The position numbers and the translations under genes are program-made. From Babesia bigemina (taxonomy: Eukaryota), in the NCBI RefSeq assembly GCF_000981445.1, contig NC_027218.1, forward strand, positions 1,054,001 through 1,118,000: DNA of 64,000 bases, given 5' to 3'. This document shows, in pieces, positions 31,393-43,963 of the stretch; position 1 is the first letter of the stretch; every line of letters begins with the position of its first letter. The notes beneath the pieces were generated by a model. It had not been told where the DNA came from, made no database searches, and saw nothing but the letters and a program-made list of their open reading frames with translations.

Positions 31393-33398
31393 ATGTTCCT
31401 CATACTGCGCGACCCGCATCTGACGTCGATGCTGCGCGACGTCCGCGGCCTACTGTGCTGCAGCTACGGGTCTCGCATAAGTTTCCGCAAGTACGACCGG
31501 AGCGCCCGGCGCCGGTGCCACGAGTGCCACTTTTGCCGCGTCAGCGCGAGCGTCCTGGAGGTGGCGAGCCTGATCAGCCGCGTTATCGCAAGTGGCTTCC
31601 GCCACCTCACTGTGTTCTTGTATCTGGAGGAGGAGCGCTACCTTCACTCGACGTTCGTTCTGGACTACATCCACTCGCTCTACGCTCTCGTGATCCAGAC
31701 GTGCTCCAGCCACGGGGTAGGTGGCCGATGTGACACGCCAATATGCTGCAGGCGCAGAATGGATTAGGTGGATCCGAGGACGCTGTGGGAGTGCTGAACC
31801 CCAACACGCACAACCTAACGGTTCTGCCTCTGCACGACTGGCGGTTGCTTGTTGAGAACGCGCCGCTGTGTTCGGGCTCGTCGTCCCCGAGCAGCGCGCG
31901 ATTTTTGCACGTCGCGGGCACGAAGTATCTGTTTGAGGACGTTTTTGATGAGCTTCGCCCCTGCTCACGGTCAGACTTGAGTGCGCGCAGATTGCCGTCG
32001 TGCGACTGCTGCATCGGGTGTCGTCCGAACTTGAAGTTGGAGGAGCCCATGCCGCAGGTGTCGCATGACGCGTCGGTATCAAGGCTGTTCTCCAACGTTG
32101 GAACCGGGGCGTACACGTACCGCTCCGGTTCGTGGTTGTCCGACGCCGGGCGTGAGACGTTGGCCCGTACGCAGTCGGAGAACTTTGGTGGCGAATTGGC
32201 GGTGCAGCTGGCATCCTGTACATGCAGGAGCTCTTCGGATGCCAGCAGCACGTCCGAATATTCCAGGTTTAATGGACTGAACGGCCTGCACCACCCCTCC
32301 ACCTCCACCACCTCGGGGGATGCATCGATTGAATTCCACTCAGGTATCGACGATGAGGTTACTGGAGAGTCTGTGGACAAGAAAACGCGAGTTCGCAGGT
32401 CTGATAGCTACAGTGTCGACGATTTGGGCTCTGCCAACAGGGCGCCGCCGGACACCAATTCGGTTGGACCATCTGCTGTGAACGGTTCGATCGGCGGTGA
32501 TGAGGAGCGCGTTACCGACTACCCACTGGACCACGCGTCCTCATTACCCTCGCCAAAGGTGCACCGGTCGAATTCTCCCGCAGAGACGGGCGACTATACC
32601 AGGAGCTTTTCATGCCGCAACGCCGGCGACCGCGAGCTGCTGTCCAAGATCAGTGAGGTGGACTGTCTGGCCGTGTACGACCCGAAGCACGACGACGCGA
32701 TCCGCGAGGTGTTGTTCTTCGACAACGTCATGTGCTGCGGCACCTTCGACTGCCTGCACTTCGGACACAAGTACCTGCTGCTGTCGGCGTTTCTGAGCTG
32801 CCGGAGTTCGATGCAGATCGGCGTGACTGCTTCCGACGCGCTGCTTAGCAAGAAGCAGAACTTTTCGCTGATCCAAAGCCTTGAGAAGCGGCGTGAGGCC
32901 GTCGAGCGCTACATGCGCGTGCTGCGGTATCTGTACGGTTCCCGGAGGATGCTGTCGTCGCCGCTGTTGGACCACTTCGCCAACGGCAGCCGCGTGATGA
33001 GCTACCACAATTGCGACTTTTTCGCATACCCATTTACTCCCGTGTTGCTGCCAGATTGCGGCGAGCTATCGTACAGTGAGTATTACGCCGACAACCCGCC
33101 GCACGACGCCGTGCCGGCTGACAGCGCGGATGCCCTGCGCCCGTGCGTGACTACGTTCGAGCTCATGGACATCTACGGCCCCGCAGCTGTGCTGGAGGAG
33201 ACGTTTGCGCTCGTGATATCGCCAGAGTCGCTGCCCGGTGCCGAGAAGGTGAACGACCTACGCCGCTCGAAAGGATTGTCGGTGTGGCCGTTGTTGTCCT
33301 CCGGGTTCGTGCTGCACCCGGAGTCTGACTGCACTCGCAAGAAGGTACACAAGGTGAGCTCCTCCCGCATACGCAGCTGCATGAAACCTAGCGCCTAG
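31393..33398 (+). CDS. PPAT: Phosphopantetheine adenylyltransferase (cytidylyltransferase fold) with long N-terminal extension; intron 31717-31751; start uncertain
   Basis: GTFDCLHFGHKYLL (HxGH), IGVT, IQSLEKR, DIYGP, LVISPES..GAEKVN..R...GL and KVSSS motifs. Confidence 0.82.
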
Positions 33399-35066
33399 AG
33401 TATGCGGCGGGCATTTGAGGAACACTAGTAAAATTTAAATTTCGTGTTTTATGTCATCTGCGCATTATGAACGCTGCCGGCGTGATTGATATCGCAGTTG
33501 CGAGGTGGTTTATCGGCGCGGAACGTCTGCAGGGACTTGGTATCTAGAGAGACGGTAGATTCTGCGGGTGCGAATCGGCCGGAGGCAGGAGCCCTGCCAG
33601 ATGCTGCACACCCTGCGTATTGCCGCGGGGCATACCGACAACCGCAATTGACTTATAAAGTGTAGCGTGTAACTAGTGTGAAGCAGCCGTTGGCTGCCGC
33701 TAGACAGAGGAAGGCAGGCTACACACCCAGTTGTCACCGAGTCGGTGGCAGTAGCGCAGAAGTTGGCAATATTAGCCGTAACGATTGCGCAAACACCTAT
33801 TTTTGAGCGCTTATGGGCCAGGCGATCAGCTGGATCCGACCAGGAGTGCAGAGCGTACACGGCGCAGCGCGTTTGCGCGGCATTCGGCCGAAACATGTAC
33901 ACCCTAAACGCATTGCGGGCACAACGCCGCATACACTCCGACGTTGTACGCATTCTACATTTAAGAGCCTGTTTTGACGCATAGTGTGCTTGATAACTGG
34001 TCGTTGTTGTTGGTTACATACCGCTGGTCAACTGCCGCGCAAAGGCGACATCGTTGTTCATAACTCACACCTGCCGGCTGCGACGGTGGACACCTGCATT
34101 CAGGGAGCACACCGTAAATAAGCGGGAGCGAAAGACGCGTGAGTTTCAATTGAGCGCTGTCTATTCATGCATCGCTGTTGCATGAGGCGACGACACTGGT
34201 GCTGCTACTGGGTCCTCCACATCGGCGGCAGTTGATAAATCCGGTTACATTTCGATCTCTAGCGGGGCTTTATTTCCGGCCCATCCGAGCGTCGTTTCGG
34301 GAGTTTGCAGCACTCACAGAGACTTGCTGACTCCTTAGTGAGCTTGTCACCGCGGGCTGGTCAAGGAGCTAGTTCGCGGACGGGGGAGGTTTTGCGTCGG
34401 TGTGGCACTCCTTTGCAAAAGCAAACGACGGTCAAGGACGGTTCAGTGTTTATATCTGGGATCATAGGGGAGAGTTCGTTCGTCGCGTGTCGTCTCTCTA
34501 TCGCGCTCGTCGTCAAGATGAACTCGGAACACAACGAGCAGGCCGTAAGTTTTATGCGTACGATTGTTTGCGTTTGCATTCACATCACTTTGCCTCTGTG
34601 TTGGCTATGTGTGTGCTGAGTCGAAACAGCGTCGGCCGGCGTTGGTCGCGACCATGGCTCTAGATGCCGCTTTCGGCCTCGGCCCAGCCGCTTGTGCGAC
34701 GTTATATGCCAGCGTGGCTACTGTGTAGCTGCAAGCACGGTTGCGTGGCAATTTTGCTGGAGTCGCATGTGGATCGTCGGCATGACCTGAATTTTCCTTT
34801 CGCTGCTTTCGGCTCGCGTTACACTGTTCCATGCATACTTCGATGCCGTGATTAATGTTTGTGACCCTTTGTGATCGTATGTGTAACCGGTTGTGGATAG
34901 ATTTGCTACTTTCCGTTGTTCCTTCTATAGCGGTTGCCGGCGTGCCTTCACGATCGCGTGTGGCTAAATCGGCAGAATTTCTCCGCTTGGCGGAAAAAAT
35001 ATTTATCGTTGACAACTTTTCCGTTGTTTGGAACGTATATTGTCGTGCATCTGTCGCTAGTGGTCA

Positions 35067-35606
35067 ATGTTTACTTTTGCGCGTTGTATAGGCTCGATTA
35101 ATTTTTGTATGTCGTGGCATTCGTCTGAAGAATCGTTTAAGATGGAACGTCCTGTAACATCGCCTCAGGCTGAGCCCACCTTGTGCAAGAACAACTGCGG
35201 TTTCTACGGCAACGCGGCCAATGACAACTTGTGCTCCAAGTGTTTCAAGGACCAGGAGAAAGTCCAGAGCACTCCCGATGACTATTTCGAGAAGGACATC
35301 AGCTTCATGGATGCCTCCACTGCAGTGGAGCCCGCCACTGAGAGCGTGCCTAGTGAGGTGGATGCGAAACCCGCTGAGGATTCTAGCCCGGTCGCCTCTG
35401 AGGCCCCTGTCGTGCCCGACAGGTGCCACAAGTGCGACCGTTTGGTCGGCGTGCTAGGTTTCAAGTGCCGCTGCGAGAACTACTTCTGCGCGCACCATCG
35501 TCAGGCTAACCTGCATGACTGCACGTTCGACTACAAGGGCATGTTCCGTTCTTTGCTGGAGACGAAGAACAAGAAGGTCGTCCGTGACAAGCTGGAGCGC
35601 ATCTAA
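35067..35606 (+). CDS. A20/AN1 zinc-finger protein (ZFAND5/6 or SAP-like); true start may be 35109 or 35142
   Basis: LCKNNCGFYG....NLCSKC (A20) and RCHKC...VGVLGFKCRC...FCAHHR....HDCTFDYK (AN1). Confidence 0.93.
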   Translation: MFTFARCIGSINFCMSWHSSEESFKMERPVTSPQAEPTLCKNNCGFYGNAANDNLCSKCFKDQEKVQSTPDDYFEKDISFMDASTAVEPATESVPSEVDAKPAEDSSPVASEAPVVPDRCHKCDRLVGVLGFKCRCENYFCAHHRQANLHDCTFDYKGMFRSLLETKNKKVVRDKLERI

Positions 35607-37044
35607 TGCGTACCAATCGTTGCAGTCAGACCCAAGAGACATCCACCACGGTGAACGGGATGTGTTACAAGGACTGCATCGGCAGCGAACAAGTCGAAAC
35701 TCGTTGTCACCTCCAGAACCAGAGTCCCACCAGCCTGGAGGCAGCTGTACGGCCATGGCACGTGGTTGTAAAATCCCACGTGGACCCGGAAAAATGGCCA
35801 GACAACAAAATGTAGCCTTAAGCGCACGCCTGCCGCGTGACGCGGCGCGGTGAAAGAGATCGACCGCGGTGAACGGTGTAGCCCATCTGATGTGTAAAGC
35901 ACGCCAGATGGTGGATGTGGAAGCTCACGTGCACGATCCTACATCTATTGGAGGAAACGCTGCTCCGGCCCCCGGCGATTTTTCTGCGCTTTACTCGGAT
36001 CACACCCCCTGCAAAAGTTTGGGTACAGAAGAAGCGCGACCTCTGCGTTGAGGTCGCGAGCGACACTGAAGTCCGCAATGTCACTCACTGTCGCGAGCGT
36101 GGAGAACGCGTCAGTCACGCGCTCTCAAAAAAGGCAGCGCTCCGTTGCGGTCTACTCGCCATACTTCAAAACTTTACCCGCCCGTGCACGGACGTGGTTG
36201 AACGTTCAATTTTAAATTACGACACTCTCCCATGCATCAGCTGTGTGAGCGCTTCCGTGAGGCTGTGGGCACACACCCGAGCGGCGGTTGATGTCATCTC
36301 GTCCCACACCTTCACAGCCGAGAGCGTGTGTTGCGTTATATTTTTGTGGTAGCTTTGAGGTGTGCCGGACGGCGGCATATGTGCGAGTCGCGTGAGAAGA
36401 TCATATTCCTGGCGCATGCCGCGTCACACCCGCGCGTGATTCCAGGATCGGCTTCTACACAAATGAACGCCACACATAGCATTCCCCGATGCGAGTTGGC
36501 ACACTGGCATCTTTAAAGCGCCAAAACGATTGGTAGGAGCGCCGGTACGCGCACGCGCCGTTGCATTCGCTCAGGGGTCGTGAGCCGCATGCTTCCACAG
36601 CAGCTAACCGCCAACGCGACTAGTAGTTGTTTCCCCGCATTTACACCAATATTTGAACGTAGTATTATGCAATTTTGGCGGCGATCCCGCTTTCGCTGCA
36701 TTATCACGGAGACTCTGACGGCGTTTCACTCGCCAGCGGCCGTTTCGGAAAGACATCGGCAGTTCTCACGTGCTCTGTATGCACAGATAAGTTCTAAGTG
36801 CTCCATTATACGACCTTCTGCGTATTAAGTACGAAAGGTGTTTGTATGCATTGCCCATCTCATTGTCGTTACCCCCGTGTACGAATCTTCGTCAGCTGCA
36901 GGTACAAAATTTCCTTCGGATCCTGCCGGCTACCGCGGATTCTGGTGTGCATGACACACACCTCACTTTGATTGTTCCAGCGGTGTTTACTTACCGCACC
37001 TTCTTTTGACAGGCAGTCTTCTCGATCAACACGACCTACTCACG

Positions 37045-37968
37045 ATGAAGACAATGTCGTACGCGCTCACCACTCGCGACATCGACTGCCTCGAGAGGCT
37101 GCAGCTCGAGCTTGAGTTAGAGAGCACGTACGCCGTGGGCAATGGGCAGTTTGGGCCGAGCGACGCCGAGACCATGCTGCCGAGTTCGCGCAACATGCCC
37201 GGCCACTGCGAGCTCCCGCTGAACACGAAGGACAGCGCCGCCGAGCTGCAGGAGGCCGTCTCGAGCAACATCAACAACACCCTGAACAACAGCTTCTTCT
37301 CCATATATGGCGGTATCAACGGCATATGGGACAAGAACTCGAGCTCGGCCAACTCCTGGCGCAACAGCGCCAAGGAGCTGGCGAACCGTTCCACCACCTT
37401 CGAGGATATCTTCCGCCGGTCGTTCTACGACGAGTACCAGAGCCTGTTCAGCCACGACGAAAATTTGGAGCGCTACAGCGGCTTCTCGTCCCTGGCGTCC
37501 ACGGACGGCACCGGCCTCTCGGAGCGGCTGATCGAGGACACCCTGAAGACGGCTTTTGACCTGCCGCCGCAGGAGAACACGCCGAAGCCTGTTGAGGAGC
37601 ATCCTGTTCGTGCGGTGCAGAAAAACCAGCGCAGCGCTCATCCTTCGTCAGGCAAGTCACGCAAAGGCTCAAAGCAACCCCCCCGCGACGAAGTGAAGGA
37701 GCCCGAAGCCAACGGCCGCAAAGAGGCAAGGGCCCAGGAGAAGAAGCGGCCGAACGCCTGGAAGACAAACAAGAATGCCGGTGGCACTCCCCATGGTGCG
37801 GGATCCAACGCCCGCTCCGAATTCACGGAAGCCGGCAGCATCAACAACATTTTGGAGGCGTCTGAAATTTGGCTGAGGCACACCACTGGCTCCAACATGT
37901 ACAACAAGAAGGGCCTCCTGAAGAAACCCTTTCCCAACCAGGATAAGTTTTCCTTGGGTGTGTCGTGA
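37045..37968 (+). CDS. Hypothetical protein (~307 aa), low-complexity with a basic C-terminal half
   Basis: Long ORF with strong GC3 coding bias; no recognised domain. Confidence 0.75.
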   Translation: MKTMSYALTTRDIDCLERLQLELELESTYAVGNGQFGPSDAETMLPSSRNMPGHCELPLNTKDSAAELQEAVSSNINNTLNNSFFSIYGGINGIWDKNSSSANSWRNSAKELANRSTTFEDIFRRSFYDEYQSLFSHDENLERYSGFSSLASTDGTGLSERLIEDTLKTAFDLPPQENTPKPVEEHPVRAVQKNQRSAHPSSGKSRKGSKQPPRDEVKEPEANGRKEARAQEKKRPNAWKTNKNAGGTPHGAGSNARSEFTEAGSINNILEASEIWLRHTTGSNMYNKKGLLKKPFPNQDKFSLGVS

Positions 37969-39336
37969 ACACGAGGCCTCGGAACCAGGATTTTGATCAA
38001 AAGAGACGTACCATACTCCACGCCTTTGATCCAACAAGCATCCCGTTATCCACTCATTTTCGCGCGAATATGCGATTTATCCACACAAAAGTTCGCGAAA
38101 GGGGTTGCAAATCCATCAGCCACCGCCATCGGTCTCATGGTCAAGCAGGGGCTTCCATTTTTCATCATTTCGGCCCTATACTCTGCGCTAGATGATTACG
38201 GGTCCGGAGGAGGTGCGGTTAATCGCGTATTCGCATGAAGTCACTTGGCACTGTCATCCATTGGCCACTCTTACCGGTGCTCGCAGAATACGTGGAACAC
38301 TAACCGCACATCTCCATCAACACTCGACCCTCGTCCCTTGCCAGGAGCGCGTAAAACGTGCAGCACCGATACGAATGGCGAGTGGATGGTCGATTTCGTC
38401 CCTTTCAGCAATCGGAGTACGTCGGGATAAACTTTACGGCTGCCGCGAACCCTGCGGCGGGAATACACGCAAACATGTCGACGTATCCTTCTTGCTCCGT
38501 TTTCAGAAAGCGCACGAGCGTTTCCATAGAACGTCTATGACCTGTCTCCCGGTGGCTGTTTTGAACCCACGCATGAAATGGATCGGAGCATCCCCTATTT
38601 TGTATACGCGGGACCCATGAGTAACCCACCGCGTCATTTTTTAGCATTAAGCTTCGGGACCAATTTTATGATTGGATATTGAGTACCATATTCTGTCCCG
38701 ATTTGTCGGTCGCGTTTTTAAATCAAGACGACTGTGAAACATTTTAAGCATTTTGGAAAGCATTTTTAAGGTAGTCACGATGGGAAGTTTTGAAGAAGCT
38801 TCGTGCCGTATTTTAAATACATGTACATTGAGGTATGCCCGAAAGCACCGCAAATTATCATTTTTCAAACAGGTACGATGCTGTATTTGAGAGTTTTTGT
38901 GCTCCATGTCGGAAGATTTTGAAAATCGAATTAGCACCGAATCTGCGCACTTTTTAGAAGCGTTTTCCGTCCGTGTAACCAAGAATTTCACGACTTATGT
39001 ACATTTACGGACGTGTCTGGAAGGTTCTGTGTAAGCCTGTGTCGCGCAGATTGAAGTCCATATTTCGTTCCGCTGCTCGGCTTAATTCGCCGTTGCCAGG
39101 AAATCTTTTTATACACCAGCTCTCTTAGCGGTTTGTCAGCGTAGCCAAATAGCACGAAGCCCATAATGGCTAATCACATTAGTACCAGTAACCATCCGTT
39201 TAACAGTTTTATTGTAGGTCCTTAATTGTACAGTGCCGGTTCCGTCGCGGTACCGGGGTTGCTGCGCCGGTGTTGTATGTGTGGGTTGGTGAATAGAGCA
39301 GGACTCTAATATGAATGTATGGAGGATATCATTTGC

Positions 39337-40727
39337 TCACGATTCGCCGTGGCGCTCCTGTCTCCAGACCCGGAGCGGGTTAGGGTCCAGATCCGCTGCA
39401 CCCAGCGGCGCGTGCATCCGCTTGTTATCATGGACCCCATAGCGCGCACCATCCCCTTTGAACGTGCCCTTCCGCTGCGCCCATCGAGCCAGGGCGACGA
39501 ACCCCTGCGGCGCCATCTGCTGCGGCCGCATGTCCTCGAGGTCAGGGGGCAGCCTCGGAATCTCCAGCTGATCGAGGAATTCCCTGAGGCTGGTCTTCAG
39601 CATCTTGCGGCGCTGGTTGAACGCGTCCCTGAGTATGCGTTTGAGCACGAGCGGTGCGCACGGCGGGTTGGTGGTGCCCTTGAAGTCGAGCCGGACCACC
39701 CCCGAGTCCACCTTGGGCACCGGGTAGAAGGCGTGATTCGGTATTCTGAACAGGATCTTAGGCCTGCAGTACAGTTGCAAAACAACACTCAGAATCGAGT
39801 ATTCGAACTCGCACGGTTTGGCGACCATGCGCTGCGCCACCTCCCACTGTGCGGTGACGACGGCAGTGTCGATGACCCGCTTGTAGTCCACCAGGCAGAA
39901 GAGGATCTGGCTTGTGATGTAGAAGGGCAGGTTTCCGATGACCCAGAGTTTGGTCTCCTTGGCCTTGCTGATTGCCTCGTAGTCCACCTGCAGCACGTCG
40001 TCGTGTATGACGTCCAGGTCAGGAATGTTCCGGCTGAGCTGGCTGATGGCCCTGGCATCGATTTCAATGGCCGTCATCTTCCTGTACTTCTTGTAGAGAA
40101 TGTGCGTCAGCGACCCTATTCCCGCGCCGACTTCGATCACCTGGCGTCCGTCTGCGTCACGTTGGCGTAGAAGGATGGCGACCTACCTGCATGTCCGCCC
40201 TCATCCCTGTCGAACGCACTGCAGAGCCGGTTCATGATATTCTTGTCGCTTATGAAGTTCTGACCGAGGCTCTGCTTAGGCCTGCAACGCTCGTTAGGTG
40301 GTTAAGGGCTGTAAGACACGCACCTGAACTCTCCAGCAGGCAGGCGAGGCACGTCAGATTGACTTTCACCCGTCCCCTCAGTATCAGTCTTGGCATCATC
40401 CTTCCTCTTCTTAGGCTGCTTCAACGGCATTATGTCGATGTTGTAGGTGTGCTTCAGGCTCCGGAGCGGCTTCTTATTGTCGTCGGCCTCAGAGCTGCCT
40501 TCCGTTGCCTCCAGGCGCACCTCGAAGGCCGACCTTCCATGCCCATGTGCTATAGTGGGCGGCTGCAGCGTGAAGCATGGCAAATACACCCGCCTGCTGG
40601 GCACATGTGCGCCCCGGCATCTCCGCGGCAGCCGCGCTGCAGCCGCAACGCTGCCGCCCAGAAGAGCGCCCAGCGCCCTCGATGCGATTACGAGCGTGAC
40701 TACATGCCAGATAGCTTTACATCTCAT
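39337..40727 (-). CDS. ksgA: rRNA small-subunit dimethyladenosine transferase (KsgA/RsmA), probably apicoplast-targeted; exons 40727-40324, 40281-40187, 40151-39337
   Basis: RPKQSLGQNFI, VIEVGAGIGSLT, AIEID, GNLPFYIT, FYPVPKVDS and AFNQRRKML. Hydrophobic then Arg-rich N-terminal leader. Confidence 0.92.
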
Positions 40728-40762
40728 TTATTAATTATGTACACTGTTTCTACACAGGTGTG

Positions 40763-43361
40763 TTAGGCTGGCGCCGCGCCACCCGAGAACGCGCCGGGGA
40801 TGTTCGGTCTTGCGACTCCGCCAGTGCGAGAGCCGCCGCCGCCAGCCGCCGGCCTCGATCGCGCGCTCGACGGGTTGCTTCGGGTTATCTGCTCGAACTC
40901 CAGTGGGAACACGCTCATAGTGCGCAGCGACCGCAGGGCTAGCTTCGGATCCGTGTCTGCGCCCAGCGCCGCCGCGATTTCCTTGATGTACGTGCAGGCG
41001 CTATCGAGCGTTTTCACGTTGGGGCTCCACACGTCGAGCAACACAGCGTCGCCGCGATTGCGCAGCGTGGCAACCAGCACCTGACCGTTGAGGTCGACTG
41101 CCGCCAGCGTCTGCCTGGTATTGGTTTTGGTGATGGCGAAGTACTTCTCCATGGCGGCCAGCAGGTCGTGCATGTGCAACTTCGTCCTCGACACGAATGC
41201 CTTGTGTATGGTGTAGAATCCGACCTTCGCGTTGTTCTCGATGATCCGTTCGATTTTCTTGGCCGGTATGTCAGCGGGCTCGAAGAAGCTGAAAGGCCCG
41301 ATGGGCAGCTTGACGAGCACCTCCCGGTTCGTGCCGTCGGACTCCACGATGCTGACTGCAAGCGAGGGCAGGGTGTGAGTCCAGGTCTCCGGTTCGCAAA
41401 TGAACGTGAGTGTTGTTGCGCTTCTGGCGACAATGCGCACCGCGTCGGCGCCCGGCCCGCGCAACGCAGTGTAAATATCCATGTTTTGCAATTTGCGTAC
41501 CACCTCAGTGCTCACCTCCACCTGCGTGGAGTCCCTGAATGGCCTCATGCTGAGGTATGCAGTGAAGTGGATCCCCTCGAATAGGTGCCCCCCATTCACA
41601 ATGTAGTTGCCAAGGTACGACGAGATCCCTCCGTCGTCCTGCACTCTCCAGAGTGGCTCAGGCACTTCCCAGTCTCTGCCGCGTTCATCCTCTGCGGCCC
41701 GCGTGATCATAGACGTTACGTCCACGTGCAGGGGCTTCGTTGCGCTTTTAATTTTCTGGGGAGGTGGGACATCCGCTTTAGTTGCCGCTTTGTCTCCGCC
41801 CTCCAGTATACTCCTACACAGCGCTATTTTATCCGACAGGGTGAGCTGCTTCAACTGCCTGGCCAGGTCGTATCCGTCCGATATGGCGATGCACCTTTCT
41901 AAAAGGTCGCAGTACGTGGCGTAAGGCGACTCGTGGTGGCTAGGTGCCGGGGCACGTTGCGATTCGTGTGTTATATTGTAACTATCCTCGAAATGCTCAT
42001 GTATCGACGTCCTACGGCGATTGGTGCCGTATGCCATCTGCGTGAATTCCTTGTCGGCAGCATCCGGGACACGTTGACGTGATGTCCCCTCGGTACCGTT
42101 TTCACCATCCAGGCCGTCGGCCGTGTACTGTGATCGTATGCCGTGTTTTTTATCGACCCTTCGGTGTTCAGTAGCACCAGCCGTCGGCTCCTCCTTGTAC
42201 ACGCATGGTTCCTCGGTACCATAGGCTTCTTTGCCAAATCCTGGAACGTACGAACCTATATGCTTGCCATCAAAATAATCCCGATACGATGACCCCGTTG
42301 TTTCGTAGTTGCACAGGTCGTAATCATCGCCCACATATCCACCTGCCGTATGCTCATTTTTGATGGCCCTGTGGGCTGGTTGTGTTGCACCCCAGTGGTC
42401 AATGTCTACCCTGTTTCCCGCATGATCAGATGATATATTCGCCTTCGGTTTTGACTCCCGTAATGATAGGGATCCCTCGAAACTTGCGTTCCTTTGGTGG
42501 CTCATCACCGACGATACCAGCTTGTCGGGTTGGGTTGTGGGTTTGCTGGGCCAACCCGCGCTCGCAGCTGCATCCGGACGGTCTGCAATTTTGTTTGCGT
42601 GGTGGGTGGCCAGGTCTTCAACCTCGCCTTCATCCTGTTCGGGAAACGCAGCCCACGTGTCGGCTGCCCATGTTTCCTGCTGGGTGCTTTCGGTAGCACC
42701 GCTCCGAGTAGACAACGCCAGTTTCTGCGCCTCTTGCTCGAAGTTCTCGATTGCTTCCGACGCCTCGTGCACTGCCGTAGCCAGCTCTTCGAACAGTTCC
42801 GACTTCCCAGTGTCGAGGGCCTCGACAGTCTGCCTTTCCACTATATCTCTCTCCTCCTTGCATCTGCTGTAATACCGTTGGTACTTCTCCTTGCTCAGGT
42901 CTACAACAAAATGAAGTCTGATTCACGTTAGACATGTATATGCAGCAGGTAAGATGCGGAAGCAGCACAGCGGAAAATTCGCTTCATACCGTTGTCGGTA
43001 CGACCCGCTTTTATGGGCCAACGTAGTCGACCTAAAAAATTCTAAATCGACAATCGTTGTACCACAGCGTTACTTTCACGCCATATAGCGCCATCGGGAA
43101 GTCGGATACCAGCTCACACCGAAATGTGACGTGGCCATCCGACATCAGCTGCCTTCCACGCCTCCAAACAACAGCGTGCACACACCACGTACCTTTGTGC
43201 TTGCGCAGAGCGTGGCGTAGCTTCCTGGTGAACTCTACGAGCTCCTGATGGTTGGTGCGCTTCTCCGCGTGCTTGGAGCTCGTCGACGGCAGGCGAGGCG
43301 CGTCCCTCGACGACGTGGATCGCACGGGTTCCCGCCCCGACGATTTTCGTACCGCCTGCAT
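40763..43361 (-). CDS. Coiled-coil / disordered protein with a C-terminal alpha-adaptin-appendage-like domain; exons 43361-43193 and 42900-40763
   Basis: A phase-1 GT-AG intron joins the exons in frame. N-terminal helical region; C-terminal GGHLFE...VKLPIGPFSFFEPADI resembles the alpha-adaptin ear (GVLFE...LKLPVTINKFFQPTEM). Confidence 0.65.
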
Positions 43362-43963
43362 TGCACTCCTTTTTTGCCCGTGGCGCCGCAAACAAGTGTG
43401 GTCTAGTGTGACCACTGCTGTCGCCCGAGGCAGCTGGTCCCGGGTGTACTTCTGGCGGCTCGCCGCCTTCGGCTACCAGGTGACGTGAAATCAAGCTACA
43501 GGGTGTATAATCTTCTTAGCATTTTGAAGCTACACAGTGTTGTGGCTTTGGTAGGTGGCGTGCGGCCTGTAGACACGGCAACACTATGAGGGCCAACATC
43601 GGCCTGCCTCTAGCTTCCACGGCGCTACGCCATGTAGCATCGTTACACACACAATAGCGATAGTCAAAAACGCGCAGGAAGTCGATGTCCCGCGTGGCCG
43701 GATCGTTCCATACGAACTTGTAACCCCGAGGGGCGATCCGTGGTAACTAATGCCCGTTCAGCACACCTGTAACCACAGATCTATAACATCAAACTCGAGG
43801 TGTACCGCTATACTGCGTAAGGTTTCAGATGTGAGGCTGATTTTCCTCTCTCCGTTTTGATATACGCCTGACTTCGTGGGCTGCCGCCTCGACTGCACTT
43901 CGACCGTCACTTTTAATTCATATCACAGTTATTTCTTTCGACAGGCGATTACATTCTTTCAAA

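Noticed and set aside
33400..35060. Many short overlapping ORFs
   Set aside because: Random-looking; probably promoter and long 5' UTR of the A20/AN1 gene.
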